DNA of 51,222 bases from Oleispira sp. (GCA_002708475.1 PAOL01000024.1:1-51222), one strand, 5' to 3'. Positions 8,669-19,603 are shown, counted from the first letter of the stretch. The notes: generated from the sequence alone by a model not told the origin. Made by a program: numbers and translations.

Positions 8669-9354
8669 TGCTATCTGATGCTGATATAGGCGCTCTGTGG
8701 TTAACTCTGCGTCTAGCAACCACAGTCACCATCTTGCTATTAATAATAGGTACGCCCATTGCTTGGTGGCTATCTAAAACATCTTCACCGTTTAAGGGTC
8801 CTGTAGCTGCCATCGTTGCTTTACCCTTGGTTTTACCTCCCACGGTATTAGGCTTTTATTTATTAATCGCCATGGGCCCGAATGGGTTTATTGGAGAACT
8901 GACTCAAAGCTTAGGTTTAGGTACTTTACCTTTTACCTTTTGGGGCTTGGTCTTTGCCTCTGTTATTTATTCTATGCCGTTTGTAGTTCAGCCTTTGCAT
9001 AATGCGATGGAGGCTATAGGCGAGCGGCCTCTTGAAGTGGCTGCAACATTACGCGCTACCCCTTTCGATCGTTTTTTTACTATTGTACTCCCGCTGGCAA
9101 AACCCGGTTTTATTACGGCCAGTATTTTGGGCTTTGCGCATACCGTAGGTGAATTTGGCGTAATTTTAATGATTGGCGGAAATATTCCTGATGAAACTCG
9201 TGTGGTTTCTGTACAGGTATACGATCACGTAGAGTCATTAGAATACGCTCAAGCTCATAGTTTATCTGCGCTATTAGTTATTTTTTCGTTTGTAGTTTTA
9301 TTGGCTCTATATGCAACGCAACGCAAAACTTCAAACGTAGGGATGATGAAATAA
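8665..9354 (+). CDS. modB: Molybdate ABC transporter permease
   Basis: LPLVLPPTVLGFYLL, FAHTVGEFG, GGNIP. Confidence 0.95.
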   Translation: MMLSDADIGALWLTLRLATTVTILLLIIGTPIAWWLSKTSSPFKGPVAAIVALPLVLPPTVLGFYLLIAMGPNGFIGELTQSLGLGTLPFTFWGLVFASVIYSMPFVVQPLHNAMEAIGERPLEVAATLRATPFDRFFTIVLPLAKPGFITASILGFAHTVGEFGVILMIGGNIPDETRVVSVQVYDHVESLEYAQAHSLSALLVIFSFVVLLALYATQRKTSNVGMMK

Positions 9355-10496
9355 TGCCTCATTCAATTTCTACCAATAATACACTTGAAGTACGATTTAA
9401 ACTCAGCACTCAAGATCGAGAGAATAAGAAAGCTTCTCGCACGTATCTTGATATCAATACTAAAATCCCTGCCAGTGGTGTGACCGCAATCTTCGGTCAT
9501 TCAGGTTCAGGGAAAACCAGTTTATTACGCTGTATCGCTGGCCTAGAAAAAGCAGAGCAAGGTAAAGTTAGTATCCATAAAAATAGCTGGCAAGAAACTT
9601 GGCAAGATACTGGTTATTTTTTACCCGTACATAAACGCTCTATTGGTTACGTATTTCAAGAAGCGAGTTTATTTCCACACCTAACCGCACAGAAGAATTT
9701 AACCTATGCAATAAAAAGATCAGACAAAGCTGTTAGTGCAGAGTTTTATCAGCGTGTGATTGGTGTAATGGGCATAGAAAGTATTTTAACGCATTACCCT
9801 AATCAGCTATCAGGTGGTGAACGTCAGCGCATTGCGATTGCTCGTGCATTATTGATTCAGCCTCGGTTATTATTGATGGATGAGCCTTTAGCAGCCCTTG
9901 ATCATCAGCGTAAGCAAGAAATAATTCCCTACTTAGAGCGCTTACATCAAAGCTTTGATATTCCTATTATTTACGTCAGTCATTCCATGGATGAAGTGGC
10001 CCGTTTAGCGGATCATATTTTGGTATTGGATCAAGGTAAAGTCATTGCCGAAGGTGGATTAACAGAAGTCTTTTCTCGGATTAACTTGCCCCAACGCTTA
10101 GAGGATGAAAGTGGTGTTATTTTAAACGGGCACATTGTTGAGCAAGATAATGAATGGCAATTAATAAAAATAGCCTTCGCCAATAGCCATATTTGGATAC
10201 CTGATAGTGCTGATATTTTAAGTGAAGCACTAGGAAAATCGGTACGTATTCGTATCTTAGCAAGGGATGTTAGTTTATCGCTCAGCAACCATGACGATAC
10301 AAGTATCGTAAATCGTATTTTGGTTACAGTAATGGATATTAAGTCGGATGAAGACAGCCCTATGTCTTTAGTACGATTAAAGATGGGTAAGGAGTTTTTA
10401 GTTGCAAAAATGACTAAAAAATCAGTTCACCATTTGGAGTTAACGGTAGGTATCCAAGTTTGGGCGCAAGTTAAATCAGTTGCACTGGTTAGATAG
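9354..10496 (+). CDS. modC: Molybdate ABC transporter ATP-binding protein
   Basis: GHSGSGKT, LSGGERQR, LLMDEP, C-terminal TOBE/Mop AQVKSVAL. Confidence 0.94.
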   Translation: MPHSISTNNTLEVRFKLSTQDRENKKASRTYLDINTKIPASGVTAIFGHSGSGKTSLLRCIAGLEKAEQGKVSIHKNSWQETWQDTGYFLPVHKRSIGYVFQEASLFPHLTAQKNLTYAIKRSDKAVSAEFYQRVIGVMGIESILTHYPNQLSGGERQRIAIARALLIQPRLLLMDEPLAALDHQRKQEIIPYLERLHQSFDIPIIYVSHSMDEVARLADHILVLDQGKVIAEGGLTEVFSRINLPQRLEDESGVILNGHIVEQDNEWQLIKIAFANSHIWIPDSADILSEALGKSVRIRILARDVSLSLSNHDDTSIVNRILVTVMDIKSDEDSPMSLVRLKMGKEFLVAKMTKKSVHHLELTVGIQVWAQVKSVALVR

Positions 10497-10551
10497 TCGG
10501 CCTAAAGACCGACCTACAGTTATATATCTGTAGGTCGTACTTCAGTGCAAC
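10496..10551. repeat. Inverted pair of GTAG-type REP-like palindromes; likely also a bidirectional terminator
   Basis: GTCGGCCTAAAGACCGACCTACA (reverse complement TGTAG-GTCGGTCT-TT-AGGCCGAC) and TGTAG-GTCGTACT-TC-AGTGCAAC. Inner CGACCTACAG/CTGTAGGTCG is a perfect 10-bp inverted repeat. Confidence 0.6.
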
Positions 10552-10561
10552 AATTTTAATA

Positions 10562-11848
10562 TTAATTAGGGTAAGTCATTTGAGCTCGCGGCTTAGCAAA
10601 AACTAAATGATTTACGCCAATAGATCGCTCTTGAAAACCACCTTCACAATAGCTCAAGTAAAACTGCCACATACGTTTAAAATCATCACTGTAACCCAGC
10701 TCTGAAACCTGAGTTGTTTTTTCATTAAACGTATCTTGCCAAGCTTTTAGTGTACGTGCGTAATGCAACCCAAAGTCTTGTGCTTGCACAAGATTCAAAT
10801 CACTTGCTTTTGTGCTTGCATTGACCAAAGCCGTCACCGATGGAATACAGCTACCAGGGAAGATGTAGCGCTGAATAAAATCGACGTCCTTACGAGCTTG
10901 ATCATATCGTTGATCGGTAATAGTGATCGCTTGAATTAAAGCAATACCTTCTGGTTTTAATAGCGAGCCACAATGTTCAAAAAAGGTATTATAAAACTTC
11001 CAGCCAACCGCTTCTATCATTTCGATGGAAACCAGTTTATCAAATTGACCTTCGTAATCTTTTCTAAGATCACGATAATCTTCTAACAAAAGCGTAATTT
11101 TATCTTGCAAGCCTTCTTGCTCGATACGCTCTTTTGCAAGATTAAATTGCTCTTTTGAAATAGTGGTCGTTGTTACTTTACAGCCATAGTTTTTCGCCGC
11201 ATGAATTGCAAAACCACCCCAACCAGTACCAATTTCTACAATATGATCATCTGCGCAAAGCTGAAGTTTTTCACAAATAATATTAAGTTTATTAACAGAT
11301 GCGTCTTCCATAGAAGCTTTAGCATTAGGAAAAATGCCTGATGAATACATCATTGTTGGATCAAGAAATAGTTCGAATAAATCATTCCCTAAATCATAAT
11401 GTGCAGCAATATTTCTGCGTGAGCCTTTGGCCGAATTCTGATTAAAATAATGAAAGGCTTTTAAGAAAGGCTTAGAGATTAGCGCTAAGCCTCCTTCCAT
11501 TTGATCAAGGATATCAATATTGCGCACCATCACTCTAACTAGCATGGTGAGATCTGGACTGGTCCAGTCTCCTGTCATAAAGGATTCTGCCGCACCAATA
11601 CTGCCACCTGTCATAATTTCACCATAACAAGCAACATCACGAACAACCAAACGCGCAACTAAGTCCGTGTCTCCTTCTGATTGCCCAAAGCTGAAAACTT
11701 CACCATTCTCTTCTATCTGTAAACAACCTGTATGAAGACTGGCTAATTGGCGATGTACTAAATTTCTAGCAACTTTAGACATAAATCCATTAGCAGGAAT
11801 AAAGCCTTTGGACTTAGGTTCAATATTGGCAACGGATGGCATATTCAT
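10562..11848 (-). CDS. cfa: Cyclopropane-fatty-acyl-phospholipid synthase family SAM methyltransferase (UfaM-like)
   Basis: NIAAHYDLGNDLF, EIGTGWGG, SIEMIEAVG, FIQRYIFPG, YLSYCEGGF. ATG 11848 has a GGAG RBS; the ORF extends to 11914. Confidence 0.9.
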   Translation of the reverse strand: MNMPSVANIEPKSKGFIPANGFMSKVARNLVHRQLASLHTGCLQIEENGEVFSFGQSEGDTDLVARLVVRDVACYGEIMTGGSIGAAESFMTGDWTSPDLTMLVRVMVRNIDILDQMEGGLALISKPFLKAFHYFNQNSAKGSRRNIAAHYDLGNDLFELFLDPTMMYSSGIFPNAKASMEDASVNKLNIICEKLQLCADDHIVEIGTGWGGFAIHAAKNYGCKVTTTTISKEQFNLAKERIEQEGLQDKITLLLEDYRDLRKDYEGQFDKLVSIEMIEAVGWKFYNTFFEHCGSLLKPEGIALIQAITITDQRYDQARKDVDFIQRYIFPGSCIPSVTALVNASTKASDLNLVQAQDFGLHYARTLKAWQDTFNEKTTQVSELGYSDDFKRMWQFYLSYCEGGFQERSIGVNHLVFAKPRAQMTYPN

Positions 11849-11931
11849 AGTGATCTCCAGATCTCTTCCTTGTTCTATTTTAAGGCACTGTTTTATCGAG
11901 TGTTTACTAGACATTTTATCTATATACGTTT

Positions 11932-11959
11932 TATACGTATTTAAGATCTAGGGTGATCA
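11932..11959 (-). promoter_or_regulatory. Putative internal RpoE(ChrR)-type promoter TGATCA-N16-CGTA for cfa
   Basis: Minus strand TGATCAccctagatcttaaataCGTATA, overlapping the 3' end of the DUF1365 gene. Confidence 0.55.
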
Positions 11960-12816
11960 TAAAATGGTGATTTTTTTAACCAAAGCTTTAACGCATTCCA
12001 GTAAATACCCGTTACTACCTTTAAAGTCATAAAAGGGTATTGAAATAACAGTTTCGGCATAACTTCGCTGAATTCTTGCCGCTCTAGCACCAAGGTAGCA
12101 TCAAAGTGTTTATCCCCTAACGAGTCGGCTTTATCCGTACACATATAATTATCCATATGTACTGCCATTCGATCGCTTTTTTCTAACGCAGGTTCTGAAA
12201 AGACCCACCGATAATCCATATTCATCGGATTAAACGGAGACACATGAAATATCTTTTTAAACTTAAATTCATGCTTATTTTTACCATTTACTCCACTACC
12301 CTTTAGCAGATGTGTAATGGTTTTATGAGCATCAGAAAAGTGCCTAGCAACAGGAAGAACGTAACTAAATCGCTCATCCCACGGAGTGTTGGTAATTTCA
12401 GCAACTATGGTTAATAGCTCGTCATCGCTATTGAAGCAATAATAAAAAGTTACTGGATTAATGCAATAACCATAATAACGAACATTAGTGAGCATTCTCA
12501 CTGATGATATTTCATTAGCCATATGACCCAGCTCTGATGAGACTCGATCAATCACCGCTATTTTTAAATCTAGTATTTCTGGGTTCAGATAGTCACTGCG
12601 ATTAAACGATGAAAGGTTAAATTTACCTTTACTAAAGAACCAGTGCTTTTTAAGTAACCTAGGCAATTCATCTAGATCTAAGTACATCATAAATAATGAA
12701 TAACTCAACCCATGACGAACCGGTTCAAATCGTCTATGTCTGATATTACCAACATAAACGGCGCTCTTCATGTCGACACTATTTTCCACCGCATGCGTTG
12801 CCAAAACAGATTCCAT
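11941..12816 (-). CDS. DUF1365 family protein (UfaO-like)
   Basis: [47 protein letters not shown] 12816 follows the upstream stop codon by 1 nt. Confidence 0.9.
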   Translation of the reverse strand: MESVLATHAVENSVDMKSAVYVGNIRHRRFEPVRHGLSYSLFMMYLDLDELPRLLKKHWFFSKGKFNLSSFNRSDYLNPEILDLKIAVIDRVSSELGHMANEISSVRMLTNVRYYGYCINPVTFYYCFNSDDELLTIVAEITNTPWDERFSYVLPVARHFSDAHKTITHLLKGSGVNGKNKHEFKFKKIFHVSPFNPMNMDYRWVFSEPALEKSDRMAVHMDNYMCTDKADSLGDKHFDATLVLERQEFSEVMPKLLFQYPFMTLKVVTGIYWNALKLWLKKSPFYDHPRS

Positions 12817-12817
12817 A

Positions 12818-14086
12818 TTAAAGATCAATCCCAAACGATTTTGCAACACGTAATGCACTATTCACTCCATCTTCATGGAAGCCATTAAACCAGTAAGCTC
12901 CACAGAAATGACTACGATTAATATTATTAATTTCACCGTGTCTTTGCTGTGCTGCAATACCGTCCATAGTAAATACTGGATGAGCGTAATCGTATTTATC
13001 GATAATTTTACCTGGTGCAATTTCTGCGGTGCGATTAAGCGTTACCATAAAATCATCCGGAGCATCGGTGAAATTTTGTAGGGCATTCATATGATAAGTT
13101 ACCATAGCGTATTCACTTAAACGCTGCGGAATATGATAATTCCAAGCTGCCCATGCTAGTTTACGTTTTGGCATCAAACGGCGATCTGTATGCAATACCA
13201 CTTCATTCATTTGATATGGGATTGCACCTAAAATGTCGTTCTCTAACTCAGTCGCATCCGTTAACATTGCTAGCGCTTGGTCACTGTGGCAAGAGAAAAC
13301 AACTTGATCAAATTTATGCTGCTCTCCGGCTAAAGTTTTAATCAATACGCTATCTGCTGAACGAGTCACTTCAGATATGGGAGTATTCAAATATATATTA
13401 TCTTTGAATGGCTCGATCAAAGGTTCAATGTAAGATCGAGAGCCATTACTAATCACACGCCATTGGGGCCGGTTATCAACACTAAGCATGCCGTGGTTAT
13501 TAAAGAACTTTAAGAAAAACTTTAATGGAAATTCCATCATGACATCAACTGATGCTGACCATATTGCAGATCCCATCGGTACAATATAATGATTAACAAA
13601 TCGATCACTATAGCCATGCTCTTTTACAAAGTCGCCCAATGACTGAGTATCCGATATAGAATCATTTTCAGCCATCTCTACCGTCTGTTTATTGAAGCGT
13701 AAAATATCTTTAATCATTAACCAGAAGCCTGGTTTAAGTAGATTACTTCGTTGTGCAAACAGGCTATTTAGGCTCGTTCCATTATATTCAAGGCGCGTAT
13801 TTTCATCACGAACACTGAAGCTCATTTCTGACTCTTCGCTGGCAACACCCAGCTGGTCCATTAGTTTAATAAAGTTAGGGTAAGTCCAATCATTGTAAAC
13901 AATAAAGCCTGTATTGACTGAATAGGTTTTTCCACCCGACTGCACAGATTTTGTATGAGTATGCCCACCCAAATACTCATTGGCTTCAAAAAGGGTCACG
14001 TCATGCTCGCGACTTAATAAATAGGCGGAAAGTAAACCTGAAATTCCTGCGCCAATCACTGCAATTTTTTGTTTTTCTTGTTTCAT
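12818..14086 (-). CDS. FAD-dependent oxidoreductase (COG2907, UfaD-like)
   Basis: [45 protein letters not shown]. Confidence 0.9.
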   Translation of the reverse strand: MKQEKQKIAVIGAGISGLLSAYLLSREHDVTLFEANEYLGGHTHTKSVQSGGKTYSVNTGFIVYNDWTYPNFIKLMDQLGVASEESEMSFSVRDENTRLEYNGTSLNSLFAQRSNLLKPGFWLMIKDILRFNKQTVEMAENDSISDTQSLGDFVKEHGYSDRFVNHYIVPMGSAIWSASVDVMMEFPLKFFLKFFNNHGMLSVDNRPQWRVISNGSRSYIEPLIEPFKDNIYLNTPISEVTRSADSVLIKTLAGEQHKFDQVVFSCHSDQALAMLTDATELENDILGAIPYQMNEVVLHTDRRLMPKRKLAWAAWNYHIPQRLSEYAMVTYHMNALQNFTDAPDDFMVTLNRTAEIAPGKIIDKYDYAHPVFTMDGIAAQQRHGEINNINRSHFCGAYWFNGFHEDGVNSALRVAKSFGIDL

Positions 14087-14119
14087 CTTTGTTGCCTTAC
14101 ATTCTTTAATTGGTGAGAG

Positions 14120-14578
14120 CTACGCCAATCTATTTTTAAGAAAAAATATCACTCGTTTTAATAGAGGAACATGTTCATACAGCAAAGCTCCCCCATCAAA
14201 ATAGTCTCGATGACGAACAATTCTTTTCTCGTCAAAATTCAATTGGCTAGCGCCTTTAACGGCTATTGTTTTACCGCCATTTAATTTCGGGTGTTGATAA
14301 GACATTGTCCAAGTAAGCATTGCACTATCGACCTTCAACCACTGGTTTTCAAAATCGAAGTGAATATAGTTAACGTTCTCATAAAGGTTATCGAAATATT
14401 CAAATAATGGGTTAATGCCTTCTATATTGTGAAAACAATCTTCAAAGATAATGTTATCAGCATAAACTTTATCTAATAAATCGAACGTCAGGGTGTCTCT
14501 ATTAATTGTGTTATAGAGCTGTTTAAAATCAGTAATTATCTGTTCACTTTGAGTTAATAACGCTTTACTCTGATTCAT
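14120..14578 (-). CDS. Nuclear transport factor 2 / SnoaL-like protein
   Basis: FED..H.IEG, WTM...HPKL, HRDYFD...LYEHVP. Confidence 0.85.
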   Translation of the reverse strand: MNQSKALLTQSEQIITDFKQLYNTINRDTLTFDLLDKVYADNIIFEDCFHNIEGINPLFEYFDNLYENVNYIHFDFENQWLKVDSAMLTWTMSYQHPKLNGGKTIAVKGASQLNFDEKRIVRHRDYFDGGALLYEHVPLLKRVIFFLKNRLA

Positions 14579-15555
14579 TATCTCTCCCCCTTTTGAATTC
14601 TTCGACCTTCTTCTAATATACGTGGAGGAACAGGATGTAAATCAGACACAATCCCCACCCAACTCATAATTTTTAATAGGTAATATGAGATATCAATCTC
14701 CCACCAGTAAAATCCTTGGCGAGCAGATACTGCAAATCGATGATGATTGTTATGCCAACCTTCTCCCAGCGTCAATAAAGCTAGAAAGGCATTATTACGG
14801 CTATCATCCTTGGTATTAAAACGTCGTTTACCCCAAGTGTGGCATAAGGAGTTGATCGTAAAAGTCGCGTGAGCTAGCGCTACCGTTGAAATAAAGAAAC
14901 CCCATATCAGCATTTGCCAACCTGTTGTGCCTAATTCTGGGTAATAAACTTCTAGATACTTGCCAAAAAGGAAGATAGCGGTAGCGAAAAGAAAAGGGAC
15001 TAAAATATCAAAGCGATTAATAAATCTTAATTCAGGAAATTTAGCCAAATCTTTAATGACACTGTAATCCGTTTTAAATGCATCTTCACGAGTAAACCAG
15101 CCGACATGACTCCACCAGAATCCATTTTTAGGTGAATGCAAATCACGCTCTGTATCAGCATGTTTATGGTGTTTTCTGTGGTGTGAAGCCCACCAAAGAG
15201 GTCCTCGCTGAGCAGAGCTTGCACCTATGACCGCAAAAATAAACTGCCAAAATCGATTGGTCTTAAAGCTTCGGTGTGAAAAATAGCGGTGATAGAAAGC
15301 TGTGATGGCAAACATTCTTAGCCAAAACATAGCTAAACACATAATAATAGCGACAGGACTCCAGCCAACAACAAAGACAAAAAGACACGTTAAGTGAACG
15401 GCAAAAAATGGAATTATTCGCTGCCAGTTAACTTTTCTTGATTCTGCTTCGAACTCATCAGCTCCCTTCAACTTTAAACCGCTGTCGTTAAATGATTCCG
15501 CTTCTGAATCAATCCAACGAATTGCGTTATAACCTAATCGTTTAATGGCATTCAT
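14578..15555 (-). CDS. Acyl-CoA / fatty-acid desaturase (delta-9 type)
   Basis: His boxes HRYFSH, HRKHH, HNNHH; TM helices. Confidence 0.92.
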   Translation of the reverse strand: MNAIKRLGYNAIRWIDSEAESFNDSGLKLKGADEFEAESRKVNWQRIIPFFAVHLTCLFVFVVGWSPVAIIMCLAMFWLRMFAITAFYHRYFSHRSFKTNRFWQFIFAVIGASSAQRGPLWWASHHRKHHKHADTERDLHSPKNGFWWSHVGWFTREDAFKTDYSVIKDLAKFPELRFINRFDILVPFLFATAIFLFGKYLEVYYPELGTTGWQMLIWGFFISTVALAHATFTINSLCHTWGKRRFNTKDDSRNNAFLALLTLGEGWHNNHHRFAVSARQGFYWWEIDISYYLLKIMSWVGIVSDLHPVPPRILEEGRRIQKGER

Positions 15556-15570
15556 TTAATTTTTTATCCC

Positions 15571-17007
15571 TTATGCCGTCTGCAGGTCATTTAAATTTTT
15601 GAATAGTGTTTTAGTATGCTCAGCAGCCATTTTCAAATCTACTATCGGCGTAGGGTAATCATACTGAGTGGCTATCATTTTACTCGGTTGATGTATGGCT
15701 TTACCTTGAATATAAGCTAACTCTTTAACGTACTTACGAACAAAATCACCTTTTGGATCAAAGCGTTCTGCTTGTCGGTAAGGATTAAAGATTCTGAAAT
15801 AAGGGACCGCATCAACACCTGTGCTTGCTGACCACTGCCAGCCACCATTGTTAGACGCTAAATCAGCATCAGCAAGCTTGCTATAAAAATACGCTTCGCC
15901 TAACCGCCAATCAACCTGTAAATGCTTGGTTAAAAACATAGCAACAACCATACGAAGTCGGTTATGCATCCAACCAGTCGTATTCAGTTGACGCATAGCA
16001 GCGTCAACAATCGGGACCCCTGTTTTACCCTGACACCAAACTTCAAAATCTTTATTATTCCCTTTCCAAGGCAGGTTATCAGTAATGTCTTTAAATGGTT
16101 TGCCTTTGCAGACTTTCGGGAAGGCAACCAAAATATGCCTATAAAAATCGCGCCATACCAATTCATTAAGCCAGCAGGTTTTACCTTCTCCACTAATTTC
16201 AGATAAAAACTCAATATTTTGCTGACTACTACTAACCAGCGCCTGTAAACATTGTCTTGTTGATAGTACACCCAACGCTAAATATACCGATAGATGACTT
16301 GTTGCATCAAGATGAGGAAAGTCTCGTTGGTTATGATACTGGCTAACATCTTGTTCAATAAATTCATTCAAACGATCATGAGCTTCATCTTCACCGGTTG
16401 GCCATTGTTTCTTGGTATCAATTTCAACATCAATTAAATAGTTTTTAAGACTTTGAATATCAGAATGTATATCAAGCTCTTGTTGTTTTACTGGTTTGTT
16501 ATACAAGGGCCTAGCTTGTGAGGAGATATTGGCCATCCAATTCCTAGCAAACGCAGAAAATACTTTATAGCATTCACCGCTGCCATTTAAAATTAGTCCA
16601 GGAGAAACAATGCATTGCTCATGATAACCTTGAGATTCAACATTAATATGAGATAAATGTTTGACCGTGTTCTTTGTGCAAGATGTCTCATTCACTGCGT
16701 ATTCATGGTTGTAATAAACGTTGGAGATATTTAGTTCAATGGCTAGAGCTTTTATGCGCTCGGGTATATCTGAGAAAAATTCGCAATCTAGAATTACTAG
16801 AGGGACATTTAATTTTGCTAGTTGCTCTTCTAGCTCTATGAGGTGATCAACAATCAAACGCCTTTTTACCGGAGCCAAGCCATGCCGATCCCATTGCTTA
16901 TTAGCCAAACAATAAACTGCAACAGTCGGGCCTTGTTCCATAGCATGAAATAATGCGGGATTATCATAAATACGTAAGTCACTTCTTAGCCAAACTAGAT
17001 TAGTCAT
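15571..17007 (-). CDS. phrB: Deoxyribodipyrimidine photolyase
   Basis: WLRSDLR..DNPAL, WRDFY, TGWMHNRLRM, NNGGWQWSASTG, FRIFNP. Confidence 0.95.
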   Translation of the reverse strand: MTNLVWLRSDLRIYDNPALFHAMEQGPTVAVYCLANKQWDRHGLAPVKRRLIVDHLIELEEQLAKLNVPLVILDCEFFSDIPERIKALAIELNISNVYYNHEYAVNETSCTKNTVKHLSHINVESQGYHEQCIVSPGLILNGSGECYKVFSAFARNWMANISSQARPLYNKPVKQQELDIHSDIQSLKNYLIDVEIDTKKQWPTGEDEAHDRLNEFIEQDVSQYHNQRDFPHLDATSHLSVYLALGVLSTRQCLQALVSSSQQNIEFLSEISGEGKTCWLNELVWRDFYRHILVAFPKVCKGKPFKDITDNLPWKGNNKDFEVWCQGKTGVPIVDAAMRQLNTTGWMHNRLRMVVAMFLTKHLQVDWRLGEAYFYSKLADADLASNNGGWQWSASTGVDAVPYFRIFNPYRQAERFDPKGDFVRKYVKELAYIQGKAIHQPSKMIATQYDYPTPIVDLKMAAEHTKTLFKNLNDLQTA

Positions 17008-17028
17008 ATCTATTATCTCTTTTTACTC

Positions 17029-18117
17029 TTAATCTTTTGCAACCAATCTATTATTGCGAATTTTTATTATCAAACTATCAGCAAGCTGACGGCCACTCAA
17101 CCATGCTGATTCTATGCCAGGAACATTACTACCAATAGATCCAACATTTACATCACCGCTAATGAAATAGTCACCGATTAAGCCTAAACCTGTTTCATCC
17201 CATAAGAACCCATCTTTTGTTTGCACTGGTTTTGAAATAATTGAATATAACCAGCGATGAGAATAACTATTTTTCACATGTAAAGCTTGTTCAAAAATGC
17301 GTTCTAATTCAGTGATTAAAAGTTCACTAACTTGATCACTGGTCACTTCTAAATGCTTATTAGTCCAAGTAGGAGTTGCCTGAATTTGAAGTACTGAATT
17401 ATCAGAACTGCGCCCAGGCTTAGAACTTTCTTGACTAATCGAATAGATAACATCGCTATCTGGATAATAAATAGCAGGTAAAGCGGATAATACGTTATCA
17501 AGCTCTATTCCCATCACCCATTGAGGATCAACCTCCACACCTTCGAGCACTCCCTTTAACTGAGTGTTACTAGGTAATAAATCATAAGCCTGAGCGGGTG
17601 GCGTCGCTAGGATGACATTATTCGCCTTGGCCAATAGTGTTTTCGCACCACTCTCAACGGTGTATAAATGCCACAGGCCTTCTATATACTCGATTGCCGT
17701 AATTCGCGTACTAAAATAACACTCTACATCTTTGCTTAGATGACGTGTTAAACCTGAATTTCTTGGCATCCCCACATAATGATTATTGCTTTTATCATCT
17801 TTAAACCAAGGTGCGATAGCGCCCTGCTGATGTAACTTTTCAAGTTCAAGAGCAAATAAATCACTTTTAGCCGAAATACTAATACAACCTAAATCGAAGG
17901 CCATGAATGAATCGTTATCTACAGATGCTACGCGCTTGGATGACATTCGCCCCCCTGTACCTCGCGCCTTCTCAAACACAGCGATCTTATGGCCAGACTG
18001 ATTAAGTTGATCTGCAGCTGTCAAGCCAGCTACACCAGCACCAATCACGGCATAATCTAGTAAATAATCAACTAAGAGGCTTTGAGAGTCTATGTTATTT
18101 GAGTGATTCATATTCAT
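17029..18117 (-). CDS. Renalase-like NAD(P)/FAD-dependent oxidoreductase
   Basis: IGAGVAGL, FEKARGTGGRMSSKR, HRWLYS, IESAWLSG. Start placed at ATG 18117 because a promoter motif lies within the longer ORF (to 18171). Confidence 0.85.
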   Translation of the reverse strand: MNMNHSNNIDSQSLLVDYLLDYAVIGAGVAGLTAADQLNQSGHKIAVFEKARGTGGRMSSKRVASVDNDSFMAFDLGCISISAKSDLFALELEKLHQQGAIAPWFKDDKSNNHYVGMPRNSGLTRHLSKDVECYFSTRITAIEYIEGLWHLYTVESGAKTLLAKANNVILATPPAQAYDLLPSNTQLKGVLEGVEVDPQWVMGIELDNVLSALPAIYYPDSDVIYSISQESSKPGRSSDNSVLQIQATPTWTNKHLEVTSDQVSELLITELERIFEQALHVKNSYSHRWLYSIISKPVQTKDGFLWDETGLGLIGDYFISGDVNVGSIGSNVPGIESAWLSGRQLADSLIIKIRNNRLVAKD

Positions 18118-18142
18118 AAATTCATCTGATTCAATTGATCTT

Positions 18143-18170
18143 AATACGCTTAGAACTGTTGTTTGGATCA
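18143..18170 (-). promoter_or_regulatory. RpoE(ChrR)-type promoter TGATCC-N16-CGTA for the photolyase/fatty-acid operon
   Basis: Minus strand TGATCCaaacaacagttctaagCGTATT, matching the ECF11 consensus as I recall it. Confidence 0.8.
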
Positions 18171-18274
18171 TGACTAATGTGAAAATTTTTATCTATTATC
18201 CCTTTACCAATTCAGAGCATTGCTTTAACTTTGCTTAGCTTGCATGACATTAACAACTACAGAGCGGGATCATT

Positions 18275-18898
18275 TTGACTCAGAGCACTCAGTCCAATGC
18301 TCAATATCTAAACCAACTGGTTTTGCAGATAGCACAGCAGAATGAACAAGCCTATTTAGAATTGTTTGAATCCTGTGCTGGCCGCTTGAAAGCTTACGCA
18401 ATTAAATGTGGCTCCAATTCATCTGATGCGGAAGACCTGCTTCAAGACTGCATGCTTACGGTTTGGAATAAAGCACCTCAGTTTAATCCGAAAACGGCTT
18501 CGGCCATGACCTGGATGTATACCATCGTTCGTAATAGGCGTATTGACCTACTGCGAAAAGAAAAGCCAAATTTGATTCAATCGTTTGATCTGTGGCCTGA
18601 TGGCGACTTAGATCAAACTTATTCCGATCAATTTTCATCATCACAACTAGATGATGATGTTGAAGGTGATCTAAATGCGAATTTGGTGCGTATACTCATA
18701 GAATCACTGCCAGAAGAGCAGAGACAAATTGTCTACAAGGTATACTTTGAAGGAAAGTCTCATAGCGAGATAGCCCTCGATCTGAATTTACCTCTTGGCA
18801 CGATTAAATCTCGCTTACGTTTGGCAATGAAAAAACTTGATAACCTTGCGAAAGAACAAATGACATGGCTAATTATCATCCTGCTGACGAACTTTTAA
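18275..18898 (+). CDS. rpoE: ECF sigma factor RpoE of the ChrR-paired (ECF11) type
   Basis: VWNKAPQF, TWMYTIVRNRRIDLLRK, LPLGTIKSRLRLA; overlaps chrR; TTG start. Confidence 0.9.
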   Translation: MTQSTQSNAQYLNQLVLQIAQQNEQAYLELFESCAGRLKAYAIKCGSNSSDAEDLLQDCMLTVWNKAPQFNPKTASAMTWMYTIVRNRRIDLLRKEKPNLIQSFDLWPDGDLDQTYSDQFSSSQLDDDVEGDLNANLVRILIESLPEEQRQIVYKVYFEGKSHSEIALDLNLPLGTIKSRLRLAMKKLDNLAKEQMTWLIIILLTNF

Positions 18899-19557
18899 TG
18901 CAATTTGCTGCTGGGCAGCTTACGAATGCACTTGGTATTCAGACAGCTTGTCATCTTGAAAGCTGCAAAATATGCCAACAAAAAGTTCATCTATACGAAC
19001 AGCTCGGAGGAGACTTAATTGATATTTCTACTCCAGCTGAAATTGCACCTGATGCAAAATCAAAGCTTTTAAACAATCTACATAAGCATCAAGAATCTGC
19101 CGTAGACTTAACCGGCAATCATACCGTTAAGAGTGAATTAGAGACTCTTTACACTGAGCAGCTGGCCAACGCCAATCAAAGGGTGCCAAGACCACTACGC
19201 CGCTTTGTACCTGATTATTATGACAACTTGCCTTGGGCTGGCTTTAGTAAAAGCATTCAGAGTTATGATTTGCCATTTTCGGATGACCAATATACTGCTC
19301 GTTTTTATAAAATTGCCGCGGGTAAAGAGCTGCCTCAACATACACACAAAGGTAATGAGTTTACCTTAGTCATGTCAGGTAGTTTTTCAGACTTATCTGG
19401 TGATTATCATCCTGGAGACTTTGTATTGGCTGATGACAGTACTCATCACCAACCCAAAGCGCACGATAAAGAAGACTGTATCTGTTTTGCGGTTATGGAT
19501 GCACCGTTAAAAATGACGGGATTTTTTGGGCGTATGCTAAACCCCTTTATAAAATAA
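18865..19557 (+). CDS. chrR: ChrR-family zinc anti-sigma factor with cupin domain
   Basis: HP...HLESCKIC ZAS motif; cupin PQHTHKGNEFTLV, HHQP, CICF. Confidence 0.93.
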   Translation: MANYHPADELLMQFAAGQLTNALGIQTACHLESCKICQQKVHLYEQLGGDLIDISTPAEIAPDAKSKLLNNLHKHQESAVDLTGNHTVKSELETLYTEQLANANQRVPRPLRRFVPDYYDNLPWAGFSKSIQSYDLPFSDDQYTARFYKIAAGKELPQHTHKGNEFTLVMSGSFSDLSGDYHPGDFVLADDSTHHQPKAHDKEDCICFAVMDAPLKMTGFFGRMLNPFIK

Positions 19558-19603
19558 ATTGCCGCTCAAAATAAGTGTCCTTGAAAATTAACTAGCCTTT
19601 TTC

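Noticed and set aside
18118-18171. N-terminal extension of the renalase-like ORF
   Set aside because: Overlaps the RpoE promoter motif, so it is unlikely to be translated.
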